A stretch of 50,112 nt of DNA, taken from positions 1-50,112 of the forward strand of contig BTQS01000001.1 of the NCBI GenBank assembly GCA_036985995.1. The letters run 5' to 3'. This document shows positions 10,526 through 20,022 of the stretch, one piece after another. Made by a program: the position numbers and the translations under genes. The notes under the pieces are model-generated. The model saw nothing but the letters and a program-made list of their open reading frames with translations. It was not told the DNA's origin and ran no database searches. Source of the DNA: Acidimicrobiia bacterium. Lineage in GTDB: Bacteria > Actinomycetota > Acidimicrobiia > Spongiisociales > UBA5794. The stretch's first letter is position 1. Each line of letters opens with the position of its first letter.

Positions 10526-10633
10526 GGTCTGGAGTGTATGGGGCCGAAAGTTGACACTTCACAGAAGTCGGAAGCTGAGAACTGATGTCGGAACTTTTCG
10601 GCGTTACCCGTCGTTTTCAACACGAGTACACCG

Positions 10634-11587
10634 ATGAAGTCGGTGGGAGCACGAGACATGGTCTCCATGTACCAAGCCAACGACCCGCCGCGGTCACAGC
10701 CCGACGAGGAGCGGCGCCATCGCGTCGCCTGGACGAAGGGTGGAGCCAATCGAGAGGTGGCTGAGCTCCTCGGTGATGGGATCGTTCGCATCACAGGTGA
10801 TCTCGACGCCACCTGTGTCGACAACCGCATCGAAATCCTCGTCACCAAGCGTTTCCCGCGATCCGACGTAGTGCCGACGGTCGTCCCCGTTGAATTTGAC
10901 GCGGACACCGTCACGTCGCTCGCAGTCGCGGTCGGCGATGGGCCACATTCAGCTCGCGCAGTTTCGATCGGTGAGACGGTGGCCAACGCCCTCGGTATCC
11001 CAGGAACGGTGATCACCGCATACAGGACAAGTGCTGAACTCGAGAGCGCCGAAGAGCGGTTGACGCGACTGACCGATGCGAGGTCGGGATTCGAGACGAT
11101 GGCGATCCAAACGCCGAATCCACGCACGATCACCGAGCACCTTTCAAAGGAAACACTTCTCGTTCACGGAGCGGCGGGTGGTTCGTTCATCGACAGGCAC
11201 TTCACCGGAACCGGAAATCGTCTCACGTCTCGTGCGCTCGGCAGCGTGCTCGTCGTCAAGGATGCTCCGCAACGGTGCTTCCAAATCACAGTCGACCCGA
11301 CAGGTCTCGCCCTTGCGCCTGAGCTGCTGGTGAGCGATGCACTCCAAGTGATGTCGCACCCATTCGCTCCGGTCGTGACCAACCATCAGCTTCTCGGGAT
11401 CGTGCGGATCAGGACGCTGGTACGAGCCAATCCACGCGCGACGATCGAGCAGCACGTAGAGGCCTGCCACGGCATCGGCATATGTGACCCTGTGCAAGCG
11501 GCTTCGGCGCAAAGAGAGCGATTCGGCCCGGGACCGCTACCAGTTGTCGATGACGCCGGAAACCTGGTTGGCGTGATCCCGAGCTGA
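10634..11587 (+). CDS. Universal-stress-protein-like domain fused to a CBS pair
   Basis: 317 aa. USP-like stretches: LAVAVGDGPHSARAV...LLVHGAAGGSFIDRHFTGTGNRLTSRALGSVLVVKD. C-terminal CBS-like repeats: VSDALQVMSHPFAPVVTNHQLLGIV...LPVVDDAGNLVGVI. The true start is uncertain. Confidence 0.55.
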   Translation: MKSVGARDMVSMYQANDPPRSQPDEERRHRVAWTKGGANREVAELLGDGIVRITGDLDATCVDNRIEILVTKRFPRSDVVPTVVPVEFDADTVTSLAVAVGDGPHSARAVSIGETVANALGIPGTVITAYRTSAELESAEERLTRLTDARSGFETMAIQTPNPRTITEHLSKETLLVHGAAGGSFIDRHFTGTGNRLTSRALGSVLVVKDAPQRCFQITVDPTGLALAPELLVSDALQVMSHPFAPVVTNHQLLGIVRIRTLVRANPRATIEQHVEACHGIGICDPVQAASAQRERFGPGPLPVVDDAGNLVGVIPS

Positions 11588-11660
11588 GCGTCCGGCACGG
11601 CATGTGTGCCTCCGCTGATGGCTACCCTCCGTGCTCCCTCACCCCACTCGGAGTCCAAGG

Positions 11661-14366
11661 ATGGCCGACGAACCTATCTATCTCGACGGATTAACGCATC
11701 AGCTCACAGATGTCGACCCCGAGGAAACCACCGAGTGGATCGAGGCTCTCGATTCGGTCATCGCGACCGATGGCACCCAGCGAGCAACGTACCTCATGTC
11801 CCGGCTGCTCGAACGCGCACGAGAGGAGTCCGTTGCAGTACCAGGCTCGATCTCGACTCCTTATGTGAACACCATCCCTCCCGAAGCGGAAGCCGACTTC
11901 CCTGGAGACGAGTATCTCGAGAAGCGCATCCGAAGGTACATCCGTTGGAATGCCGCGGCCATGGTCATCCGCGCGAACCAGGCGACAGACGGCATCGGAG
12001 GCCACCTCTCGACGTTCGCCTCGTCTGCCTTACTCTACGAGGTCGGCTTCAACCACTTCTTCCGGGGGAAAGCTGACGGGAGCCCCGGTGACCACGTGTA
12101 CTTCCAGGGGCATGCGACGCCGGGTGTGTATGCACGTGCGTTCCTCGAGGGGAGGCTCGACGAGAACGACCTCGACAGGTTCCGACGCGAGGTCGGAGCG
12201 CCCGGCCTCTCCAGCTATCCCCATCCCCGACTCATGCCAGAGTTCTGGGAGTATCCGACAGTTTCGATGGGTCTTGGACCGATCAACTCGATCTACCACG
12301 CCCAGTTTCTCAAGTACCTTCACAACCGCGGCATCGACGACACGAGCAAGACACGCATCTGGTCGTTCCTTGGAGACGGGGAGACCGACGAACCGGAAAC
12401 GCTCGGCTCGATCTCGCTCGCCGGGCGAGAGAAGCTCGACAACCTCATCTGGGTCGTCAACTGCAACCTTCAACGACTGGACGGGCCCGTACGGGGCAAT
12501 GGCAAGATCATCCAGGAGCTCGAGGCCATGTTCCGAGGAGCAGGTTGGAACGTCATCAAGGTGATCTGGGGATCTCGCTGGGACGAACTCCTCGCCAAGG
12601 ACACCACCGGTGCGCTCGTCGCCAAGATGAACAAGACCGTAGATGGCGAGTACCAGCGCTTCAAAGCTGAATCGGGCTCCTACGTGCGCGAGAACTTCTT
12701 CGGACCCGAACCGGAACTGCGCGCGTTGGTCGAAGACATGACCGACGACGAAATCTGGAGCCTGCGTCGCGGCGGTCTCGATCACCGCAAGATCTACTCC
12801 GCCTACAGGTCGGCGACCCAGCTCAAAGGTGCATCGACCGTCATCCTCGCGAAGACCGTCAAGGGATGGACTCTTGGCCCTGATATCGCAGGCAAGAACG
12901 CAACGCACTCGATCAAGAAGCTGACAAGAGGCCAACTTCGTGCACTTCGAGACCGGCTCCACCTTCACGCGGAGATCCCGGACACAGCGTTGGAAGACGG
13001 AGAGCCACCGTACCTTCGGTTCTCCAAGGACTCACCAGAGTATGGATATCTCCAGCAGCGCCGCGCCGCACTGAACGGCCCGATTCCGACACGTGGGCTC
13101 CCGACGAGATTGCCCATGGATCTCCCCGACCACACACCCTTTTCCGAGTTCGACGGCGGATCAGGAACGGTCGAAGTTTCGACGACGGGCGCGTTCACCC
13201 GGCTACTTCGATCCCTCACTCGCGATCCGAACGTGGGCAGCAGGATCGTTCCGATCATCCCTGATGAAGGCCGGACCTTCGGCATGGATGCTTTGTTCAA
13301 AGAGATCAAGATCTACGCCTCCGAAGGGCAGTTGTACGAACCCGTCGATCACAACCTGATCCTGTCCTACAAAGAGTCTGTTGACGGCCAGATCCTCGAA
13401 CAGGGAATCACGGAGGCGGGTGCCGTCGCGAGTTGGATCGCCGCGGCTACGTCCTACATCACCCGGGGTGTACCGATGATCCCCTTCTACGCCTACTACT
13501 CGATGTTCGGATTCCAACGTGTCGGTGATGCTCTCTGGGGTGCATCGGACGCTGGAGCGAGGGGGTTCCTTCTCGGAGCCACGGCTGGAAGAACGACCCT
13601 TCTCGGCGAGGGTCTCCAGCACCAAGACGGCCACTCCCACGTGCTTGCGTCGGTGATCCCGGCATGCGAGACATACGACCCTGCGTTCGCGTACGAGATG
13701 GCGACGATCATCGAATACGGTATCGATCGCATGTACCGCCGCGACGAGGATGTCTTCTACTACCTGACGCTGTACAACGAAAACTACGTACAACCACCCA
13801 AACCCAAAGGGGTCGACGAGGAAATCATCGAAGGCATATACCGGTTCACGAGCGCCGATGGTGGCGGGCCACTGTCGGCAACGATCCTCTTTTCAGGACC
13901 GGCGCACGCAGCCGCGTCAGGTGCGCAGGCAGAACTCGCCGGACAGTACGGCATAGCTGCAGACCTGTGGAGCGTCACGTCGTACAAGAAGCTGCGCGAA
14001 GAGGCACTCGAGGTCGAGAGATGGAACCGACTGCACCCTGGTATGAAGCCTCGAGTGCCACTCGTAACGCAACGACTTACGCAATCGGATGGCCCGATCG
14101 TTGCTGTGACCGACTACATGCGCATCGTTCCCGACCAGATCGCTTCCTACGCCCCCAGGACTTTCACATCCCTTGGCACGGACGGCTACGGTCGAAGCGA
14201 TACAAGGGAAGCACTCCGCTCATTCTTCGAGGTCCAAGCTGGCGACGTCGTCGTTGCGGTATTGGCGAAACTGGCACGAAGTGGGTCTGTCGATGACCAG
14301 ACCGTACAGCAAGCCATCAAGCGGTACGGCATCGATCCGGAGCTCCCGCCTCCCTGGCGACGATGA
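11661..14366 (+). CDS. aceE: Pyruvate dehydrogenase E1 component, homodimeric type
   Basis: ORF track 11631..14366, with ATG 11661 (MADEPIYLDG). It is about 901 aa with ThDP motif GDGETDEPE...NCNLQRLDGPVRGN. The length and sequence are typical of AceE. Confidence 0.93.
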   Translation: MADEPIYLDGLTHQLTDVDPEETTEWIEALDSVIATDGTQRATYLMSRLLERAREESVAVPGSISTPYVNTIPPEAEADFPGDEYLEKRIRRYIRWNAAAMVIRANQATDGIGGHLSTFASSALLYEVGFNHFFRGKADGSPGDHVYFQGHATPGVYARAFLEGRLDENDLDRFRREVGAPGLSSYPHPRLMPEFWEYPTVSMGLGPINSIYHAQFLKYLHNRGIDDTSKTRIWSFLGDGETDEPETLGSISLAGREKLDNLIWVVNCNLQRLDGPVRGNGKIIQELEAMFRGAGWNVIKVIWGSRWDELLAKDTTGALVAKMNKTVDGEYQRFKAESGSYVRENFFGPEPELRALVEDMTDDEIWSLRRGGLDHRKIYSAYRSATQLKGASTVILAKTVKGWTLGPDIAGKNATHSIKKLTRGQLRALRDRLHLHAEIPDTALEDGEPPYLRFSKDSPEYGYLQQRRAALNGPIPTRGLPTRLPMDLPDHTPFSEFDGGSGTVEVSTTGAFTRLLRSLTRDPNVGSRIVPIIPDEGRTFGMDALFKEIKIYASEGQLYEPVDHNLILSYKESVDGQILEQGITEAGAVASWIAAATSYITRGVPMIPFYAYYSMFGFQRVGDALWGASDAGARGFLLGATAGRTTLLGEGLQHQDGHSHVLASVIPACETYDPAFAYEMATIIEYGIDRMYRRDEDVFYYLTLYNENYVQPPKPKGVDEEIIEGIYRFTSADGGGPLSATILFSGPAHAAASGAQAELAGQYGIAADLWSVTSYKKLREEALEVERWNRLHPGMKPRVPLVTQRLTQSDGPIVAVTDYMRIVPDQIASYAPRTFTSLGTDGYGRSDTREALRSFFEVQAGDVVVAVLAKLARSGSVDDQTVQQAIKRYGIDPELPPPWRR

Positions 14367-14423
14367 ACACGGCCCCTTAGCCACGTATCCAGCCTCCGTC
14401 CCGCCGCTACTGTTGGCTTTACG

Positions 14424-15128
14424 ATGTTTATTGCTGCGGAATGGTTCGACAACCTCGTTGGCTCGGTCGCCTTCATTGGTGGCGTGCGAGTTCTCATCGC
14501 GGCTGTAATCGGTGTCGTCCTCGGTCTCGAGCGCCAGTCCTCGAACAAGGACGCGGGTCCGCGAACTTACGCGCTCGTGGCATCAGGTTCAGCGCTGTTC
14601 ACGGTGCTATCGATCGAGGCCTTTGCCGACGCTGATCCGTCTCGCGTTGCCGCACAGATCGTCACGGGCATCGGATTTCTCGGAGCAGGAATCATTTTCC
14701 GACAGGGAATGAGTGTGCAAGGCCTCACTACTGCGGCCGGTCTCTGGTCGGTCGCAGCGATCGGCATGGCCGCAGGCGCGGGCCTGTGGGTACTCGCCGT
14801 GATCGTGGCGGTCATCGTGCTTGCAGTCTTGAAGATCTCCGACCGCTTCTCAACACAGATACGATCTCAGGCGCTCAGAGGGGCTCGCTGGTCGGTGAGG
14901 TTGACGGTCGCCGACGTGGCGACGATCGACGATTTGAGGGGCATCGTCACAGCCCTTGCTCCGACCGCTGCACGACCCCTCCCCGACATCGGGCATTGGG
15001 CGGTCGGTCAGAGAAAGGGACTGCCTACGATCAGTCTGATTCTCACCGACGAGGAGTACAGCCAGCTTGTGCCTGTGTTCGAGTCACACGAAGGGATCTC
15101 GAAGATCCGGATCGAAGAAACCGGCTGA
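14424..15128 (+). CDS. mgtC: MgtC/SapB family membrane protein
   Basis: 234 aa. GLERQ, TGIGFLGAGIIF and AAGLWSVAAIGMAAGAG are present, followed by a soluble C-terminal ACT-like tail. Confidence 0.85.
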   Translation: MFIAAEWFDNLVGSVAFIGGVRVLIAAVIGVVLGLERQSSNKDAGPRTYALVASGSALFTVLSIEAFADADPSRVAAQIVTGIGFLGAGIIFRQGMSVQGLTTAAGLWSVAAIGMAAGAGLWVLAVIVAVIVLAVLKISDRFSTQIRSQALRGARWSVRLTVADVATIDDLRGIVTALAPTAARPLPDIGHWAVGQRKGLPTISLILTDEEYSQLVPVFESHEGISKIRIEETG

Positions 15129-15133
15129 GACAC

Positions 15134-15318
15134 GATCCCCTGCATCTTGTCTGAGTCGTCTGTCCCCCCTTCAGGGGGGACAAGCGAGCTTGCGAGCGAG
15201 GGGCCTGCGAGCCGGGAATGGGTGGAGCTTCGTGATCCCCCTACATAACGACAGGGTCGTTATGCCGTCCCCCTTGAAAGGGGGACCGAAGCACGGGCGG
15301 CTCCGTATCGACAGGGTC
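15134..15318. repeat. Composite double-hairpin intergenic repeat, locus 2
   Basis: 15162..15199 is identical over 38 nt to 24346..24383 (GTCCCCCCTTCAGGGGGGACAAGCGAGCTTGCGAGCGA). Further parts are a GATCCCCCTACAT box at 15234, a second hairpin GTCCCCC-TTGAAA-GGGGGAC at 15267..15286 and an orphan GATCCCCTGCATC box at 15134..15146. Confidence 0.85.
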
Positions 15319-15460
15319 CAGCGGCCGATACCGGGAAACGCCTCCGGCTATAGGCACAACCTCACGATCGACCCTACCAAGCTCGCGGATTGAGGTTCAT
15401 AGAGGGATAAGCATCGCTGGAACCCTCCGGCTTCGCCGGTCCCCCAGGTACCCACTTCCG

Positions 15461-16309
15461 CTACTTGTTCTGACCGATCGCGAAACCGCTCATGAACGGC
15501 TTCTGCATCAGGACGAACACGATCGCCGGTGGGATCGAAGCGATGACCGCGGCGAGCATCAGCGGTCCGAATGTCAGAGAACCTTCGATGTTCGTGAGCG
15601 TCTGGAGGGCGGACTGAACGACCTGTTTGGATTCGTCCCTGATGATCAGGCTAGGCCACAAGAACATGTTCCACGTATATACGAATTGGATCACGAACAG
15701 AGCGGCGATGACGTTCCACGAAAGTGGGATCAGCACCTTCGTGAGGAACTTCAGAGGCGAAGCGCCGTCGATCTGGGATGCCTCGAGCAGCTCCGTGGGC
15801 ATGTTGGCAAAATGTTGTCGGAAGAGAAACGCCCCGGTCGCCGAGGCCAGGAACGGCACGACGAGCGCTGCCATGGTGTCCTGCCATCCGAATCCCGCGA
15901 CCATCCGGAACAGGGCAAGGATCATGACCTCGGTCGGCATCATCAGCGTGATGAGCACAAGGAAGAACACGATCCACTTGCCTCTGAACTTGAAGTACAC
16001 AAACGCGAGACCTGCGAGGAGCGACAGAACCGTCTTTCCCGTCGTCACCAGGATCGCCTGCTGAAGAGAGTTCCACATTGCACCTGCAAAGTCTCTCCTC
16101 ACCCATACGGTTTCGAAGTTCTCCCGGAGCGCAGAGCCGGGAGTGAGCTGGAACGAGTAGGTCTCCGGGTTCGTCTGGGTCGCTACGATCATCGCGTACA
16201 ACAAAGGGAACGCGATGACGAGTGCCGTCACCGTCAGACCGATGTGATACGGCCAACGGCGACCCCTGAAAAACGTCTTACGCTGTACTCCTGATGTCAG
16301 ACCTCTCAT
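15461..16309 (-). CDS. ABC transporter permease (MalG/UgpE-like, binding-protein-dependent family)
   Basis: ORF track 15461..16357. ATG 16309 overlaps the upstream permease stop by 1 nt (TGATG). EAA-loop region: ASQIDGASPLKFLTKVLIPLS. About 6 TM segments. Confidence 0.85.
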   Translation of the reverse strand: MRGLTSGVQRKTFFRGRRWPYHIGLTVTALVIAFPLLYAMIVATQTNPETYSFQLTPGSALRENFETVWVRRDFAGAMWNSLQQAILVTTGKTVLSLLAGLAFVYFKFRGKWIVFFLVLITLMMPTEVMILALFRMVAGFGWQDTMAALVVPFLASATGAFLFRQHFANMPTELLEASQIDGASPLKFLTKVLIPLSWNVIAALFVIQFVYTWNMFLWPSLIIRDESKQVVQSALQTLTNIEGSLTFGPLMLAAVIASIPPAIVFVLMQKPFMSGFAIGQNK

Positions 16310-17688
16310 CACGCTCCCCCGTAGCTGACGCGTTCGCCACTCGTTCGGAACTGCCACACCGTGATACCGATCACAGCAAGGAACAGCAGAACCGACTGTG
16401 CGGCACCTCTTCCAAGATCACCGTTGTTCACGCCGACGCGAATGATCTCGTAGATCGCGACGGAGGTCTTGCCTGCCGGTGCACCCTTGGTCATGAAGTC
16501 GATAGTCGCGTATACCTCGAAGAACGCGTAGGTGAGGTTCGTGACGAGCAGAAAGAACGTGATCGGTGACAGCGCAGGAAGGACGATCTTCGTGAACCGC
16601 TGCCATGGTGATGCGCCGTCGATGAGCGCCGCCTCGACCTGATCGATGGAGACCGTCTGGAGACCCGCGAGGTAGAAGAGGATGTTGTACCCGATGATCT
16701 TCCACGAGCTCGCAAGAATGATCGCGAACTGAGCAAGGATCGCACTTTCACGATAATTCGGGACATCGATCCCGAACCACTTGTCCATCGTGTATGCGAA
16801 GATGCCCGCCGTCGGATCGAAGATCATGAAAAAGAGAAGGCCGGCAACGGCAGGCGAGATAGCGTACGGCCAGATCAGCAAGGTTCGGTATATCCCACCG
16901 CCACGAATCTGTCGGAAGGCGAGATACGCGATGGCTAGACCGCCGGCCATGCCGGTGGCAACGATGCCAACTGAGATGATGATCGTGTTGACGTAGACGG
17001 GCCTGTATGCGACCTGACCGTTGCCGCCCGGTGAGAAGATCGCGTAGAAGGCCACGAACACCGACAGCATCGCAAGAACCGACGCTATGTCCGCACCTCT
17101 GCGGCTCAGCGATCCTCGATCGGAGTGTTTAGCCCAGTACCTCGCTCCGTAAACCAGGCCGATCGCGATGAGCGGATAGGCGACCAGCTTGTACGGATTC
17201 GTGATGAGAAGTTCCGTGAAGTTGCCGAAGCACACTTCGACCGACTTCGGGGCACCCAATCGTGTCAGCTTCGTCGCCAGGGTAAAAGTCTGAATTGCCG
17301 GTGCGTAGAGGAACACCAGCAGGATGATCAAGGTGGGCGAGAGAAGAACCCAGGGGACCCACCAACCCAACCGGAACCCGCCCGTCCGAATCTCCCCTGC
17401 CATGGAGGAGCCCGTGGTGACCTTGCCGTCTATGCGGTCGAAGATCGCCCGCATGGCGATCAGAGCAATCCATCCGCCACCCGCCATGAGCCCCCAGGCG
17501 AACAGATGGTCGACACCAGAAGTTTCTTCCCCGAATCCGCACTGGCCCATGGCGATCGGTGTCACCGCGGCACCAAGCACAGCTACAGCGGATCCGATGC
17601 CGTACCGCTGCACCGTCGGATTGTCGATATTTCTCCACACGTACAGGGGACCTGCAATTGCGGCGACTATCAATCCGAGAATCAGCAT
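16309..17688 (-). CDS. ABC transporter permease (MalF/UgpA-like) with about 105-aa, 3-TM N-terminal extension
   Basis: 459 aa. EAA-loop region: ALIDGASPWQRFTKIVLPALSP. The canonical core begins near GFRLGWWVPWVLLSPTLIILLVF. Confidence 0.85.
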   Translation of the reverse strand: MLILGLIVAAIAGPLYVWRNIDNPTVQRYGIGSAVAVLGAAVTPIAMGQCGFGEETSGVDHLFAWGLMAGGGWIALIAMRAIFDRIDGKVTTGSSMAGEIRTGGFRLGWWVPWVLLSPTLIILLVFLYAPAIQTFTLATKLTRLGAPKSVEVCFGNFTELLITNPYKLVAYPLIAIGLVYGARYWAKHSDRGSLSRRGADIASVLAMLSVFVAFYAIFSPGGNGQVAYRPVYVNTIIISVGIVATGMAGGLAIAYLAFRQIRGGGIYRTLLIWPYAISPAVAGLLFFMIFDPTAGIFAYTMDKWFGIDVPNYRESAILAQFAIILASSWKIIGYNILFYLAGLQTVSIDQVEAALIDGASPWQRFTKIVLPALSPITFFLLVTNLTYAFFEVYATIDFMTKGAPAGKTSVAIYEIIRVGVNNGDLGRGAAQSVLLFLAVIGITVWQFRTSGERVSYGGA

Positions 17689-17775
17689 GCGATACCAGGT
17701 GTCATTGAGAACCCATCAAACGGTGCGAATCGGAGGCGGGGCCAATGCCCCGCCTCCGATTCTTGGTGGTTCCGA

Positions 17776-19200
17776 TCAGCCTCCGAAGAGCGCCTCGTAC
17801 TCGGTCAGCGACTTGTTCGCTTCCACATTGGCTTCCGCCATACGGGTAGCCACATCCTTGTTGTTCACGAGGATGTCCTCGATCGCGGCCGTGATGATGT
17901 CACGAATACCGACGAAGTTGCCGACCAACGCACCGAGCGATGCCGGTGTGACCTTCGCTGCGGCAAGCTGGTCAGAAGCGACCTTTGCGTTCGGGTTCGC
18001 GTCGTACCAACCCTCCGTATTGAGCAGGTTGACAGCATCGTCCGTGATCGGGACGTACCCGGTGAGCTGATGCCACGCTGCGGCATTTTCCGGATTCGAG
18101 AAGAAGTTCATGAACGCAAGAGCGCCATCTTCCGTCTTCTGGTCCATACCGTCGAGCATCCAGATCGTCGCGCCACCGATGAGGTTGCCGACGTAGTCGA
18201 CATTCTCGTTGCGCGGCATGAAGGACGCCTTGAAGTCAAACCCGAGGTCTGCCGCCTCACCCTGATGGATGAGCGTGTCGGAACTCGAGTCAACCATCAG
18301 GGCAATCTCTTGCGCGAGGAACAGGGTGTCCACACCGCCCCAGTCGCGCTGGAGGCCGGTGTAGGTGTAGTAGCCCTTGTCTGCAAGGTCCTTCCACCAG
18401 CTGATGTAGTCGACCATACCCTTGGACTCGAGGAAGACCTCGGTCGCACGACCGGAGCGGCCGTTGTCGTTGTTGGCGAGCAGCTCGCCCTGCTGCCCAA
18501 GGCTCTGCTCGACGAACCACGAGTGGTTCGGCCAGGAGATACAACCGCTCGGAGCACCGTCCATGGCCATGATCTTCTCACAGGCTGCCGTCACTTCACC
18601 CCATGTTGCAGGAGGCTCGGTGATGCCAGCCGCCTCGAGGATGGACATATTGGACAACAACACCGTCGTCGACGTGTTCCAAGGCATCGAGTAGAACGAA
18701 CCGTCAACCGTGTAGTAGTTACGTGCTGCGCTCACAACGGAATCGAGCACAATCGGCTCACCGAGGATCTCAGTACGGCCACCGATCGCATCGGTAACCG
18801 ATTTGAAGATCTTGTTACCGTCACCATCTACGGCATCGAGAGCTTGCCTGGTGGCAGCCTCGAAGAACTGGATGAGCGCTGGTGGCCTGCTGCTGTCGAC
18901 AGCGAGCACTGCCGCGTCGAACACGTCGTTGTACGACGAGAACGACGTCACCCTGATGTTGTAATCAGGATGCTTCGCGTTGAATTCGGCAGCCCTGTCC
19001 TGAGCGAAACCAAGACGTTTCTCATCGGAGAAGGCAACCCAAAAGTCGATGTCGATCTTCTCGCCACCGGCGGCCACAGTCGTCGTGGTCTCTCCGCCAC
19101 CGCTGGCTGCGGTCGTCGTGGTCTCATCGCCGCCGCTACTCGAACATGCCGCTGCGACCAGAGCGATCACCGCGAGTAATGTCAATAGTCGATATTTCAT
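17776..19200 (-). CDS. ABC transporter substrate-binding lipoprotein (family-1 extracellular solute-binding protein)
   Basis: 474 aa. Lipobox MKYRLLTLLAVIALVAAACSS, then a Gly/Thr-rich linker and a family-1 SBP-like fold. It lies upstream of the two permeases on the same strand. Confidence 0.85.
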   Translation of the reverse strand: MKYRLLTLLAVIALVAAACSSSGGDETTTTAASGGGETTTTVAAGGEKIDIDFWVAFSDEKRLGFAQDRAAEFNAKHPDYNIRVTSFSSYNDVFDAAVLAVDSSRPPALIQFFEAATRQALDAVDGDGNKIFKSVTDAIGGRTEILGEPIVLDSVVSAARNYYTVDGSFYSMPWNTSTTVLLSNMSILEAAGITEPPATWGEVTAACEKIMAMDGAPSGCISWPNHSWFVEQSLGQQGELLANNDNGRSGRATEVFLESKGMVDYISWWKDLADKGYYTYTGLQRDWGGVDTLFLAQEIALMVDSSSDTLIHQGEAADLGFDFKASFMPRNENVDYVGNLIGGATIWMLDGMDQKTEDGALAFMNFFSNPENAAAWHQLTGYVPITDDAVNLLNTEGWYDANPNAKVASDQLAAAKVTPASLGALVGNFVGIRDIITAAIEDILVNNKDVATRMAEANVEANKSLTEYEALFGG

Positions 19201-19310
19201 ATCACTTCCTCTGTCTAACTCCTCGCCACCAGGGTGGCGGGGACGACCCGCATCAGGAGCTTCCCAACGGGCACGGCAGGATGCTAGTCACACACGGGCG
19301 GGCATATCCA

Positions 19311-20021
19311 TCACGAATCTGCGACTGTCGGGGAGGCGAACATTGCGTATATCCAATCGGTGACCACATCCGCGTCCGTTGATGTCGCAAGTGATTCAAT
19401 CGCCGGGCCAGCGAGGTCGCCCAACCGCTCCCGCCGATCTTCGTAGAGTGCGCGCGCATACGGGGCCGGGAACTCGGGATGCCCCTGGATGCCCACACAG
19501 GTCGGTGTGAACTCCACGAGGAAGTTCGCACAGTGATCGCTTGACCCGAGCACTGTCGCGGGCTCGGGCAGCGCAACGATCTGATCTTGGTGGATCATGA
19601 TCAACCCGATCGTGTCGTTGCCGGGATCCATCCATGAGCGACGATCGCCCACCCGCATCGTGTGGACACCGACGCCCCATCCAGACTCGGATCGTTCGAC
19701 GGTTCCTCCGAAGGCAGTCGCCATGGCTTGGAGCCCGAAGCAAATGCCGAAGATCGGCACCTTCGCCTCGGTCGCTGCTACCACGAACGACTCGAGTCCG
19801 CGGATCCACCGCTCGTCTTCGTAGACCGATGCCGACGAACCCGAGATGATGTATGCCTCGCATGCTCTTGGATGTTCCGGCAATTCGCCTCCGCGAACAT
19901 CGAAAACCACGAAGTCCGCCGGCCTGTGGTCCAGCATCGCTTCGATCATGTTGTGATAGTCACCCGCGATCGATCGGTAACGATCGAGTACGTAGTCACA
20001 CTGAAGAAGACCGATACGCAT
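19311..20021 (-). CDS. Class-I glutamine amidotransferase-like hydrolase (candidate gamma-glutamyl amide hydrolase)
   Basis: ORF track 19311..20102. ATG 20021 (MRIGLLQCD) lies 1 nt after the ALDH stop. Nucleophile elbow PIFGICFGLQAMA and His region IQGHPEF are present. Confidence 0.8.
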   Translation of the reverse strand: MRIGLLQCDYVLDRYRSIAGDYHNMIEAMLDHRPADFVVFDVRGGELPEHPRACEAYIISGSSASVYEDERWIRGLESFVVAATEAKVPIFGICFGLQAMATAFGGTVERSESGWGVGVHTMRVGDRRSWMDPGNDTIGLIMIHQDQIVALPEPATVLGSSDHCANFLVEFTPTCVGIQGHPEFPAPYARALYEDRRERLGDLAGPAIESLATSTDADVVTDWIYAMFASPTVADS

Positions 20022-20022
20022 G

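Noticed and set aside
15067-15393. ORFs translating the repeats (also 8627..8884 and 24188..24415), which give recurring SPLKGG/SPLQGGQASLRARG peptides
   Set aside because: The peptide similarity comes from nucleotide repeats. Between loci the modules differ by indels that are not multiples of three. For example, a 1-nt difference separates 8671..8725 from 24420..24475, and H1 and H2 fall in different relative frames at loci 2 and 3. No reading frame is therefore conserved. No convincing RBS or start context is present either.
16309-17688. Extra 3-TM N-terminal extension on the MalF/UgpA-like permease
   Set aside because: MalF-type permeases with additional N-terminal helices are well known, so this is not evidence of a new function.
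17125-19179. 684-aa plus-strand ORF
   Set aside because: It lies antisense to the clearly homologous ABC permease and solute-binding genes. The product is Arg/His/Pro-rich and low-complexity with no recognisable motif, which is typical of a high-GC shadow ORF.
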